A stretch of 64,000 nucleotides of DNA from Octopus sinensis (lineage: Eukaryota), in assembly GCF_006345805.1 (NCBI RefSeq), contig NC_043013.1, positions 50,654,001 through 50,718,000 on the forward strand, in the 5' to 3' direction. The translations under genes were made by a program, and so were the position numbers. Positions 38,105 through 50,242 of the stretch are shown piece by piece. Position 1 is the first letter of the stretch, and every line of letters starts with the position of its first letter. The notes beneath the pieces are model-generated. The model made no database searches, was not told the DNA's origin, and saw only the letters and a program-made list of their open reading frames with translations.

Positions 38105-38280
38105 TGAATATGAACTGACCTCTACTCATTCCACACTTGTACCGAATGTCCTTGTGCACCACATTTCTGATTGGTCAAACTGACCCCTGAAATTCTTCAG
38201 TGATAACCTGTATTGATTTTCTCTGATCATCATCAATAATGTTTTGAATCTGTTGGATGAATTCTGGTGTCCTTATAGTG
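38105..38280 (-). mobile_element. maT-like transposase N-terminal remnant
   Basis: RTPEFIQQIQNIIDDDQRKSIQVI...IRNVVHKDIRYK...RGQF. Confidence 0.6.
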
Positions 38281-39475
38281 TCCAAACATTAGAATGTTTT
38301 TTTTTTCTTTCTCTCATTAATCAATTGAAATATTCCCGTCAAAGGCTTCCGGTTCCATCTTAACCTTGCATCTAAAAGATCCTGCGGCATTTTGAAAGTT
38401 GGCAATCTATGAACAGCTCTGTTCCACACATGGCAGCAGTGAATGCTTGTCTTTTCATTTCTTGTGTTACCATTTTATCTATTATGGGTTTATCCCAAAG
38501 AGATGAAAACCTGTTAATTAATTTGATGAGAGTAATATACTGATAATTAAATGTCCTCAAATGTCCCTTGCACTCTGCATATTTATATAAATATACATAT
38601 GTAGTATGTGTTTACCTCCTCCATTCCCCACAGCCAATGATTTAGAAGACACATGGCTTAGTGGTCAGGGTATTCAGCTAATGATCGTAAGGTCATGAGT
38701 TCAGTTCCCGGCAACACATTGTGTCCTTGAGCAAGACACTTTATTTCATGTTGCTCCAGTCCACTCAGCTGACATAAGTGTGTAGCAGCTGTATTTCAAA
38801 AAGGGCATTAATGATAAGTCTGATGTTAAAATGCTTTTTAACTCATCAAATGCCTTCTGGCACTTATCAGCCCAACACCATTTTGTATTTTTCTTTAACA
38901 GAACATTAAGTGGGGCCCTTACATTATATATATTGGGAATATAAATTTGATAATATTTTACTAAACCTAAGATTGCTTGTAGTGTGGTCACATTATTCAG
39001 GGTGAGCATATTTTTTATCGCAGTTGCTCTGGATGAATCCAGTTGCCATCCATTTTTATCTATTATCTGGCCCAAGTATTTAATTCATTCCATAAAGAAC
39101 TCACTTTTTTATTCCATTGACTGGAAACCATATTCTCTTAATCTTCTCAAATACTCTTTTAATGTGTTCTACATGTTGTTCTTATGATTCACTTTTTATT
39201 AGAATATCGTCTAAATAGGAGATAGCAAAATCACAGTCACCCAGTATTCTATCCATTATTTGCTGAAATATGAAAGCAGCCAATTTTACATCAAAGGGAA
39301 GCTGCTTAAATTTGAATAAGCCATGGTGTGTATTGATGGTTAATAAATGTGAGCATTCCTCTTCTACTTGGATTTGTAGATATGCCTTCAAGATTCCAAT
39401 TTTGAGATTTTCCCTCCATTCAGTTTTGCAAACACTTCCTTAGGACTCAGCAATGGGTAGTTATATGCGATTAAG

Positions 39476-39706
39476 GCGGTGAGCTGGCAGAAATGTTAGC
39501 ACGCCGGGCGAAATGCGTAACCATATTTCGTCCGCCGTTACGTTCTGAGTTCAAATTCCGCCGAGGTCGACTTTGCCTTTCATCCTTTCGGGGTCGATAA
39601 ATAAAGCACCAGTTATGCACTGGGGTTCGATGTAATCGACTTAATCCCTTTGTCTGTCCTTGTTTGTCCCCTCTATGTATAGCCCCTTGTGGGCAGTAAA
39701 GAAATA
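39476..39706 (+). mobile_element. SINE family B (B2 tail) with 14-bp TSD
   Basis: TSD TATATGCGATTAAG at 39462-39475 and 39707-39720. Confidence 0.92.
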
Positions 39707-40038
39707 TATATGCGATTAAGCAATCGTTCAAACCTGTTGAAAAACCTGCACAAACTCTTAATTTGTTATTTTTCTTTTTCGCAGTCTGAGTGGTCCATCT
39801 TCTCGACTATTCCTTGGCTGTCAAGTTCTTTGCTTACCTGGTCTATTGCCATGAATGATACATTCCATTTTGGCTTAAATACAGGTGTTGCACTTTGTTT
39901 TACTGCAATTTTTGCCTTTGTCTTCATGCAACAGCTCAGTTTCTCCAAGAAAACATCTGGAAATAGATATTTTATTTTTTGTTCCAGTCCCTCAGCTGCA
40001 TTCGAACCTTCAACTGAACCAACTATATTCCCACACAA

Positions 40039-40271
40039 TAGGCGGTGAGCTGGCAGAATCGTTAGCACGCCGGGCGAAATGCGTAGCCGTATTTCGTCTG
40101 TCTTGACGTTCTGAGTTCAAATTCCGCCGAGGTCGACTTTGCCTTTCATCCTTTCGGGGTCGATGAATTATGTACCAGTTATGCACTGGGGTCGACGTAA
40201 TCGATTTAATCCCTTTGTCTGTCCTTGTTTGTCCCCTCTGTGTTTAGCCCCTTGTGGGTAATAAAGAAACA
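40039..40271 (+). mobile_element. SINE family B (B2 tail) with 15-bp TSD
   Basis: TSD TATATTCCCACACAA at 40024-40038 and 40272-40286. Confidence 0.92.
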
Positions 40272-40903
40272 TATATTCCCACACAAAGCACTTATGAATT
40301 ATTCCATCCACTCTGTGCTGAATAAATTAATTGAATTTTTAGCATATATTTTTGCTATTTTCATTTGGTCACAAACTGTTACATTGCACACAAATTTGCC
40401 TACAAAATACAATCTTTTACCTGTCACACCATCTGCTACCTTTGTAGATTTACTTAATTTCAGCTTACCGATATTCTTCCAAGTTTTTCCGTTCACAATG
40501 GTAATATCACTTCCAGTGTCTAACTGCATTTTTATTCTTATATTTTTAATTTTAACATTTACAAATTTTCTCTTTGTCATATTACCATTTTCTTTTGATG
40601 CCATACTGTTTGTTCTTTTTTCTTTGTTCCATCGTTTTGTCCTCTTGGTTTTACAATGCACTTTTGTGTGTCCAATTTTTCTACAACGGAAGCATTCCTG
40701 ATTCTTGTCCTGTTTGTACCATATTTTAGTATACACTTGATTTCTGTTCTGCCTATTTCACACTTCTTTCACTTAGAAATCTTTATGTTCATTTTTCTCT
40801 GTGTTGTGTCTGAAATATATTATTCTTTCACACTCTTCTCACACTTATTGTAAGGTTACAGCTTGGTTATGTTCCAGCTTAGTGAGAATTCTTGTTTTTA
40901 ATT

Positions 40904-41303
40904 ACTCTTTTACTTCTTTCAGTCATTTGACTGCGGCCATACTGGAGCACCACCTTTAGTCAAGCAAATCGACCCCAGGACTTATTCTTTGTAAGCTTAG
41001 TACTTATTCTATTGGTCTCTTTTGCTGATTTGCTAAGTTACGGAGACGTAAACACACCAGCATCAGTTGTCAAGCGATGTTGGGGGGACAAACACAGACA
41101 CACAAATATATTCACACACATACATATATACATATATACGATGGGCTTCTTTCAGTTTCTGTCTACCAAATCCACTCACAAGGCTTTGGTTGCCTTGCGG
41201 CTATAGTTGAAGACACTTGTCTGAGGTGCCATGCAGTGGGACTGAACCCAGAACCATGTGGTTGGTAATCCAGCTACTTACCACACAGCCACTCCTGCGC
41301 CTA
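40904..41303 (-). mobile_element. SINE family A
   Basis: Reverse-complement match to family A. Confidence 0.85.
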
Positions 41304-41304
41304 T

Positions 41305-41578
41305 GAAAAGACAGACTGGCTCCTGTGCAGGTGTCACATAAGAAGCACCATTTGAGTGTGGCCGATGCCAGTACCATCGGACTGGCTCCTGTGTAGGTGG
41401 CACATAAAAAGCACTATTTGGGCATGGCCGATGCCAGTACTGCCTGACTGGCTCTCATGCTGGTGGCACGTAAAAGCATCCACTATGCTCCAGTCAAACC
41501 ATCCAACCCTCAGTCAAGCTGTCCAACCAATGCCAGCATGGAAAGCGGACGTTTAATGATGATGATGATGATGATGAT
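41305..41578 (+). mobile_element. RTE 3'-UTR/tail fragment with internal deletion
   Basis: Subrepeats and (GAT)n. Confidence 0.78.
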
Positions 41579-42179
41579 ATATATATATATATATGTATAT
41601 CATCATATATATATATATATATATAGAACAAATAGTGAGGGATTATCAATCTGGTCAAAATCCTTCATAAGCTCTCTGTTGGCACCCCAGGCTAACAATA
41701 TTACTTGGATTAGTGAAGAACTCCAAGTAATCTTTTCCCCATGCAATAGCCATTCTTCGAGTGCTCCGTTTCTTGTTTCCAGCAATGGCTCTGACGAAGG
41801 TATCGTTAATTTTCTTTGGTCTTTCAATTTACCTCAATTGAGTAAACCTATCTATAATGACTACTGGAAACAGCTGCAAGCCAAATTTGCTGTAATAAAG
41901 GAATTACATGTAACAATCATTATTTTAACTTACCTCTTATATATATATACATATAAACAATTATGAATAAGGGCAAAAGAAACATTTTCTATGCTGATAT
42001 GCTGAATAACAGACCTTAGATTGTCTAACTGCAGACAATATTTTTCACTATAAATACACAGCATATATTGGCATAAAAATATTTTTCTTTTGCCCTTTTT
42101 TATAATTGTTTATAATTTTCATCTTAAAAGGTATTTTAACATGTTGTCCACTGATATGATTTAAGAAAAAAATTTTATC

Positions 42180-42600
42180 CGTGATCGTTACCAGGGTTGC
42201 AGACTGGCTCCCATGCCAGTGGCATGTAAAAAGTACCATTCAAATGTAATCATTACCAGCGTCACCTTATTGGCACTTGTGCTGGTGACACATGAAAAAC
42301 AACATTCAAGCGAGGTCATTGCCAGTGCCGCTGGACTGGCTCCTGTGCAGGTGGCACATCAAAAACACCAATTAAGCGTGGCTGTTGCCAGTTCTGCCTG
42401 ACTGTCCCTTGTCTCGGTGCCACATAAAAGCATCCGCTACACTTTCGGAGTGGTTGTCGTTAGGAAGGGCATCCAGCTGTAGATACTCTGCCTGATCAGA
42501 TTGGAGCCTGGTGCAGCCATCTGGCTCACTAGTCCTCAGTCAAACAGTCCAACCCATGCCAGCATGGAAAGCAGATGTTAAACAATGATCATGGTGATTA
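42180..42600 (+). mobile_element. RTE 3'-UTR/tail fragment
   Basis: Subrepeats and tail motif. Confidence 0.82.
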
Positions 42601-43880
42601 GAAGTATATATACATATATAAATCTTTACTTCTAATATAGGATAAAAAATTTTTTCCAAAAATTTCATCAAAGTGGCCAACCCATTAAAAATACCTCCAA
42701 AGGTGAAAATTATAAACGATTATAAATAAGGGCAAAAGAAAAACAAATTCTTTGCCAATATGCTAAGAATAGACTTTAAATCGTCAATCACCACATACAA
42801 TATGTATCACTGTGAATACACGTCGTGCAGAAATCGAGGAAGGCAAGCTAAAAGAAATTTTTTTAAATGTATTATCTCTATAATTGTATATAAATCTTCA
42901 TGTATGTGCATTTTCTGTGTGTTTTCCTATGTTTCTGTGAGCGGAAATGATTTTATGGGGGATGTAAACTCACTCATTAGTTTTACTATCTCTGTGGTCT
43001 CATCGCATGTCAAGACACCTGGAATATCAATGCCTTACATGAGAAACAGATAACGGCTGGAAGCAGAAAGAGCATCCTGCTGTGGAAAACAACTCCGAAT
43101 TTCTTCCATCCAGCTCATGATGATGGTGGTGGCAGTGGGAGTGACGGCCCTGGTGACGTGCGTGATGGTGATTGTGATGGCTTCTAAAAGTACTTCAGAT
43201 GTATTTTATTTGATTTTGTTCTAATCTCTTGGAAATAGCAAAGATTAACAAACTGGAAGTTCATAAAAGTGTCTTGTTAAGATCTATGTATATATATATT
43301 CCTTCTGTTATACACCCACATTTAAACTGCTTTGTGTGTGTATGAATGAATGAGTGTGGATATGTGTATGTATATATATATATATGTGTGTGTGCATGTG
43401 TGTGTGTGTGTGTGTGTATGTGTGCATGCACGTGTATGAATATATGTATGTATATGTGTATCACTAATGTATAATATATTATAGTCTTTTAATCACTTTT
43501 CCTGTTAATTTCAAGAGATTTTACCAATAGAAACAACACTTTCTTTATCTTTGTTAATTAGTGAAATTAATGAGCTAAAAAATAAAAAAAATTAGTAAAC
43601 ATTTTGTATGTTAAAGTTCTGTCTATATTGCTAAAATATTTACTGAGTTGCAAGTTTAAATATAAATATTGTCCTGCCTACATTTTATTATTTTTGTGCT
43701 TTTTGGCATAGTGGCATCATCAGGGAGTGGTAAATCTATAGTTCAAAGGCAGAGAATCTACTCCAAAGCTAGGAGACAAGCAAAACTTAGAGTATAGATC
43801 TCAGAGAGAAATGAAGAATTGGTGAAACCAAGGATTGTCTTATTATTACTATTACTATTATTATTATTATTATTATTATT

Positions 43881-44435
43881 GAGTGAGAGAGCAGTGCGTG
43901 CCATCAAAGTGACACTGGGGTAAAATATACGAAGCCCAGTATACCCATCATGACTACTCATCTGATAAGGGTAAACCAGACCCATGCATCACAACCATAT
44001 GTGCGCAACATGGTGATCTCATATCAATATAAACAGCACATGACCTTGCAGGTGGGGCCCAGTTAGAAGTTTCTTCAGATTGAGTAGCCCATCCCACTCA
44101 AAAGGTCTCTGGATAAGGGTTGTTTAAAGATATTGAACAAAACACCCATGTTTCCAAAGGTTAATTATCCAAACCCAAAGAATTCCTCTCAACACATGGC
44201 TATGATCCTCTCCCACTACTTCTGCTCGTGATCAGAGATGCACATATCATCAGCCACCAAGGGACATGCTCAACTGGTTAAGGTCAAACAACTGACAAGC
44301 AAATCTGTGGTATTGAGCAGAATATTTGCTGTAGCCCATCTTTTATACCAAGACAAAACAATGTACATGATAACACTTCCAATCAGTTAAGATCAGAAGC
44401 CATGAGAGCCACTGCCTGGTACTGTATCAGGGCAT
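43881..44435 (-). mobile_element. Family D (AAT)n-anchored repeat
   Basis: Reverse-complement match to 15382-15930. Confidence 0.75.
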
Positions 44436-44834
44436 TTATCATTATTATTATTATTATTATTATTATTGTTGTTGCTGTTGTTTTATTTCTCAGAGCATTT
44501 GGTCTTGTTTGTTCTAGTAGATTCTGTGAGAGCGGACAGCAGCCTGCCATCAAAGGTCTCACAGGGTCTCTTTCTGCACATTGCAAGTTTTGATACTTGG
44601 TTAATTATCGTGGGACGTATTCACCATCCAAGTACCAATCTCAAAATCCTATCTGTCCCCAGCAGAGCCACTTCCCTGCCCAAATCTTCAAGGCCTTGTG
44701 CCTAGAGTAGAAATAATTATAAATATTCTTATTGTTACGAGATTACTTTTGAAATATACTGCTTTGGTTTCAATTAATTTGGAAAGTAATTAAGAATTTA
44801 GTAAAATATCTGTTATTATTATGCTGTGTATAAA

Positions 44835-45279
44835 GGTGGTGAATTGGAAGAATCGTTAGGGTGTCAGGTGAAACGCTTAGCGGGATTTCTTCCGTCCTTA
44901 CATTCTGAGTTCAAATTCCGCTGAGGTTGACTTTGCCTTTCATCCTTTCAGGATTGATAAATTTAAGTACCAGTTGTAAACTGAGGTCAATGTAATCGAC
45001 ACAACCCCTCCCCCAAAATGGTTGCCCTTGTAAAAAAATTTGAAACCATTATTGTTGTTATTGTTAAGGTGGCAAGCTGGCAGAATCGTTAGCATGCTGG
45101 GCGAAATGCTTAACGGCATTTCATCCATCTTTATGTCCTGAGTTCAATTTCTGTCAAGGTCGACTTTACTTTTCTTCCTTTCAGGGTCAATAAACTAAGT
45201 ACCAGTTTAACACTGGGATTAATGTAATTGTCTGGCCCTCTTCCCCAAAATTTCATCTTTTGTGCCTTTAGTAGAAAGG

Positions 45280-45329
<50 letters not shown>

Positions 45330-45770
45330 GGTGGAAAGCTGACAGAATTATTGGTACACTGGACAAAATGCTTAGCAGCCTTTCATCCAGACCCCACTGA
45401 AGTCCACTTTGCCTTTCATCCTTTCAGGGTTGATAAATTAAGTACCAGTCAAACACTAGGGTTGATATGATTGACACACCTCCTCTCACATAATTTCAGG
45501 CCTTGTGCCTATAGTAGAAAGGATTATTATTATTATTGTCATTATTATTATTATTAAGGCAGTGAGCTGAATGAATCGTTAGCATGCTGGGTGAAATGCT
45601 TAGCAGTATTTCATCTGTCTTTATGTTCTAAGTTCAAATTCCGCTGAGGTCAACTTTGCCTTTCATCCTTTCAGGGTCGATAAAATAAGTACCATTTGAA
45701 CACTGGGTTCAATGTAATCGACTTAATCCCTTCTCCCAAATATCAGGCCTCGTGCCTCCAGTAGAAAGGA
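44835..45770 (+). mobile_element. Head-to-tail array of four family B SINEs (B1 tail) separated by (TTA)n
   Basis: Copies at ~44835-45045, 45066-45280, 45329-45520 and 45557-45770. Confidence 0.85.
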
Positions 45771-45794
45771 TTATTATTATTATTATCATCATCA

Positions 45795-45860
<66 letters not shown>

Positions 45861-46254
45861 GTAGTAGTAGTAGTAGTAGAAGGAGTAGTAGGAGTAGTAA
45901 TTTGCTATTATATTGCTGTTATTTATTTACTTACTTATTTGCGGAGGAGGTGGCTGTTTTTTTTTCCTTTCTCGGAAATGTGTTTAGCTTGGGCAGCAGG
46001 GGGAAAATATGTAATTATTTTCATTTAAGCACTGTGTTTTGCCAGTGGTGTTAAAAATAAAAACAAAACAATGAAAATGAATAAAAAAAAAGAAATCAAT
46101 GCTTTTTTTTTTTTCAATATGAAAAAACAAAAAAATTTGGTTCCATAGTTTATGTTTCACTTCATTCTGAAAACTCTTTTGATGGTTAAAAATAACCATG
46201 TTGTTTTAATTTTGTCCCCCCTCTATATTAATTTCATTTAATTTCGTTCAAATA

Positions 46255-46326
46255 TTAGCTTATATATACATACTGCATACATACATATATATGTTTACAT
46301 ACATCTATATGTATATACATATATAC

Positions 46327-46405
<79 letters not shown>

Positions 46406-46605
46406 TACATATAGATATATATCCATATATAATATATACGCATACACACACACACATATATATATATACACCTTTGTGTATGTGTATATATATATACACT
46501 TATACATATATATGTGTATATATGTGTGTGTATATATATGTTTATATATATATATGTATATATATATACATATATATATATATACATACCTATATGTGTA
46601 TATGA
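46255..46605. repeat. (TA)/(CA) mosaic microsatellite
   Basis: Directly visible. Confidence 0.95.
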
Positions 46606-47049
46606 GTGTAATCAAACATTTGTTTATTTTAGAAGGGCTGGTGATGTGTGGTGGGGAGGAGTTAAAAATTAATCTGTACTTACTTGGCTTATCTTGGTCG
46701 GAAAAAAACAAAACAAACATTAACCAAAAAAAAAAAATAATAGAAAGAAACGAAAAAAAGAGCCAAAATTTGCATGCAAACTTTAAGTGCACTTTCTGCA
46801 TTTCATCAAAATAGCTCATCATCATTATAATCTCAATCATCATCATCATCGCTATCATCATTATCCTCATCACCACCAGCATCATCATTGCCATCAACAG
46901 CCTCATCATTGTTATGATGATGATGATCATCATCATCATCAATAGCATCATTATCGTTATGGCTTATTTTGCATCTGTTTTTCTTTCTTTCTTCATCTCG
47001 TTCCTGTTGCTTCATAATTGGAATATAATTGGTTCACATCGTTATCATA

Positions 47050-47500
47050 ATTTCTATCAATCACCACATTGGCTATGCAACTGCCTCGGCCATTTTGTAT
47101 TTAGAGATGTTGTTTTTGCTATTGTAATGAATAGATGTTGGTTCAGTACCCTGTGGGGTACTACTCATTGGTTGATACTCTCTGGTGGTCCATCTGTCCA
47201 TTTTTGCCACCCATCATTTCTGGGATCTCCTCTGTAAGTTCCATCAGAAACATATTCCATTTCAATCCGCTGTTGGATTTCTAGATGTGTCCAGCTGAAA
47301 CTGTGTTTTATTTGACCATCTTATTTGCAATCTGCTCCTAGGTGATTGGTTCAGCTTGAAGGGGCTGCCTTGTGTTCCATTCCTAGGACAGTCTAACCAC
47401 AGCTGTAACCTCTCCTTGCAGAAGCATCTGACAGAATAACGAGGAGTATAAGGCCATAGATCTGGCACTCCACTCATACAATACTAAATGAATTTGTAAA
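47050..47500 (-). mobile_element. Old decayed RTE-like RT C-terminus
   Basis: Fragmentary AVV...GME, AGHI and DG..RG.PR..W motifs across frames. Confidence 0.35.
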
Positions 47501-47657
47501 TAAATTTGAGTGGAGCTTCAGTAATTGTATTTGAGCGAAGCTTTAGTGAATTAATTTGAAACATAAGTGTTGATGACAGGAAAGGCAGCCAATCTGTAGA
47601 AAATTTGCTTCAACAAATTCTATTTGATCCATGCAAGCACTGAAAAGTGCACATTAA

Positions 47658-47866
47658 CCCTTTTGTTACCATATTTCTGTTGAGATGCTCTGTGTTTTAA
47701 ATATAACAAAAAATTTAGTAATATAACTTAGTTATCATTCAGCTAGTGTTAGGAACATAAATTGTGACTAAGGTTTGGTGGAAGATTTCAATTCAGAACT
47801 TATGAAAACAAGATATTTTGTACTACAGACCCAGAGGCAGTTTCAGCCGGGTTGGTATCAAAAGGG
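47658..47866. mobile_element. piggyBac-type MITE
   Basis: TTAA TSDs, TIR CCCTTTTGTTACCA / TGGTATCAAAAGGG. Confidence 0.88.
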
Positions 47867-48073
47867 TTAAGGATTGTTTCTCTATTATATATTTTAACCC
47901 TTTTGTTACCATATTTCTGTTGAGATGCTCTGTGTTTCTTTCAATTAATTTTAGATATAACACAAAATTTAGTAAAATGACTTAGTTATCATTCAGCTAG
48001 TGTTAGGAACATAAATTGTGACTAAGGTTTGGTGGAAGATTTCAATTCAGTACTTTTGAAAACAAGTCACTTG

Positions 48074-48490
48074 AGGCTAAATTACAGCAACATTCATCCT
48101 AAACCAGGACTGCCATGTTATGTTGGCAAACAATCTTTACTACAAAGTACTGTTGCTGAATATCTCACGTTGTGAGATTTTAAAATAGTAATTTTTTAAA
48201 TTTATAAATCAGTGAATGGTTGTCACTTTGAAAACTATATATTTCGAACAGGAATTTAGTAGTGCCACCTTTAGCCGAACAATTATTCTGTGCTGATGAA
48301 GGGAAATAACCCGGAAATCATGATACTCAGATATTGTTTTGAGTGGGGGTGACAGATTCCCTTGTTCAAAAATATAAGGACACAGATAGTGTTGTATAGC
48401 CAGCTGGAGGCGATGTCTCCTGGGGCTAAATTACAGCAACATTCGTCCTAAATCAGGACTGCCATGTTATGTTGGCAAACAATCTTTACT
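48074..48490 (+). mobile_element. PLE-like partial tandem pseudo-LTR insertion
   Basis: 71-bp direct repeat at both ends (48075-48145, 48424-48494), ~12-bp TSD ACAAGTCA(C/T)TTG, internal hammerhead motif. Confidence 0.65.
48286..48333 (+). ncRNA. Minimal type I hammerhead ribozyme motif
   Basis: UUCUGUG-CUGAUGA-A-GGG-AAAUAA-CCC-G-GAAA-UCAUGA-UA/CUCAGA. Palindromic AUCAUGAU stem III, one mismatch in stem I. Confidence 0.6.
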
Positions 48491-48749
48491 ACAAGTCATT
48501 TGTACTACAGAGCCAGAGGTGGTTTCAGCCAGGTTGGTATCAAAATTTGCTTAAATGGTGATGATAATCACACACACGCACTGACAGACAGACAGAGGTT
48601 GAAGTGTAACAAACTTGTGGAAATATGTGTAGCAGAATAGCTAATAAGAATGTCCATGATTTGGAGAATAGAATGAAGATCCAGGGTGAGGGTGCTTGGC
48701 AGTGATATGTTTAAATGTAATGTTATTACCAGTTTGAAGATGCTCATAG

Positions 48750-48937
48750 CATTCACTAAGTTTTGTCATGGAGAAAAGTTTTTGCTGTAGCTCAGTTTCT
48801 GTGATTGAAGAGGAGATAACCACTCTGAAATGCTTGCATCTTACTGTCTGGATATGTGGCGCTGTGAGCTAATTTGTGTGTGTTTAGACCTTAGGTCTAC
48901 AGCAAGAAATTTTCTCCATGACAAAACACAGTGAATG
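48750..48937. repeat. Fold-back with 41-nt arms, partly duplicated at ~49262-49435
   Basis: CATTCACT..GTTTTGTCATGGAGAAAA...CTGTAG / CTACAG...TTTTCTCCATGACAAAAC..AGTGAATG. Confidence 0.75.
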
Positions 48938-49000
48938 GGGTTTGTTTACAAGTTCGAATGTGCTTGACTGGTAAAACATAAATGAGTTTGTCTCTCTCTT

Positions 49001-49230
49001 ATTTCTTTATTGCCCACAAGGGGCCAAACATAGAGGGGACAAACAAGGACAGACAAAGGGATTAAGTCGATTACATCGACCCAGTGCATAACTGGTACTT
49101 AATTTATCGACCCGGAAAGGATGAAATGCAAAGTTGACCTCGGTGGAATTTTGAACTCAGAACATAATGGCAGACGAAACACCGCTAAGCATTTCGCCCG
49201 GCATGTTAACATTTCTGCCAGCTCGCCACC
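49001..49230 (-). mobile_element. SINE family B (B2 tail)
   Basis: Reverse-complement match. Probable TSD TTGTCTCTC. Confidence 0.88.
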
Positions 49231-50058
49231 TTGTCTCTCGTATCAACTTGTAGTACTACCATCTGGTTTCTGTGACTGAAGGGGAGATAAGCACTCTGAA
49301 ATGCTTGCATATCACAGCTTGGATAGGTGGCGTTGCAAGCTGTTTTAGGTGTATTTGCACTGTTTGTCTACAGCGAGAAATTTTTTCCATAACAAAACAC
49401 AGTGAATGGTTTGTTAACAAGTCTGAATGTGCTTTTAGCATTATCAAACTGGTAGAACAGTGGAATGAAGATAATCTGTTTTTAATAAAATGTTCAGTTT
49501 GAAATCCTGGGAACATTTCTGAATAGGACAAATATTTGAAGAAGCCCGTGAGGGTCCTTATGGCTCTTTAAAACATTTGAATGTAACTGTGTATTGTCCA
49601 ACCCATGTCAGCATGGGAAATTGAGGTTGAATTATGATGATGATGGTGATGATGATGATAATGATGATAAAATATTTCCTTGGTAGCTCCAAACTGAGGC
49701 TAATTCTATCTGGAATTCTGTTTAGATTCCTCAGGTTTATCTTCAAAGAAATGGACAAAGGTGTTGGCTGGTGTGACCCTAATGAGAAACTAACATTCTG
49801 TCAGATATGGATCCGATCAACATTACAAGCCTGCTCATGAAATTAATGTGCAAGTGGTTGAATACACCTCAGACACACGTACACTTTATGTAATTCTCAG
49901 GGAGATTCAGCATGACACAGAATGTGCCAAAGCTGGCCCCTTTTCAATGTAAGAAGTTAAGGGTTGAAACACTTGGCTGAGTGGGGTTTCTTCTCTGAAA
50001 ACCTCTCTTGAGAGTTTCTTACCACTGACCGTTAGCACTCTAGTATACATACATATAT

Positions 50059-50242
50059 ATTTATACATAAATATAATAGAGCGACCACTATGTGGTCTAC
50101 TCCAGTGCTAAAAATAGATCCGCTATGGAATAGCCACTATTTCTACTCGGAGACAATTTTTTAGTGGCTATTCCATAGCGGATCTATTTCTAGCACTAGA
50201 GTAGACCACATAGTGGTCGCTCTCTTATATTTATGTATAAAT
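50059..50242. repeat. Fold-back palindrome, 80-nt arms, 24-nt spacer
   Basis: Arms at 50059-50138 and 50163-50242, with few mismatches. Confidence 0.9.

Larger units (their letters stand above)
38790..40800 (-). mobile_element. Decayed Ty3/Gypsy LTR retrotransposon gag-pol
   Basis: CCHC knuckle CFRCRKIGHTKVHC, protease LDTGSD, RT (AYLQI...GLFKF..LPF...FQQIMD...YLDDILI) and RT-RNaseH linker, in order. Many stops, and no LTR identified. Confidence 0.9.
47898..48545. mobile_element. Second copy of the same MITE, split by a PLE-like insertion
   Basis: 47898-48073 and 48491-48545 match 47658-47866. Confidence 0.82.

Noticed and set aside
47105-47233. 129-nt symmetric exon candidate (TTAG...|GTAAGT)
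   Set aside because: The peptide is unrecognisable, and the minus strand shows LINE RT C-terminal remnants.
50163-50225. Hammerhead in the 50059-50242 palindrome
   Set aside because: The hairpins resemble stem II, but neither CUGANGA nor GAAA is present at the required positions.
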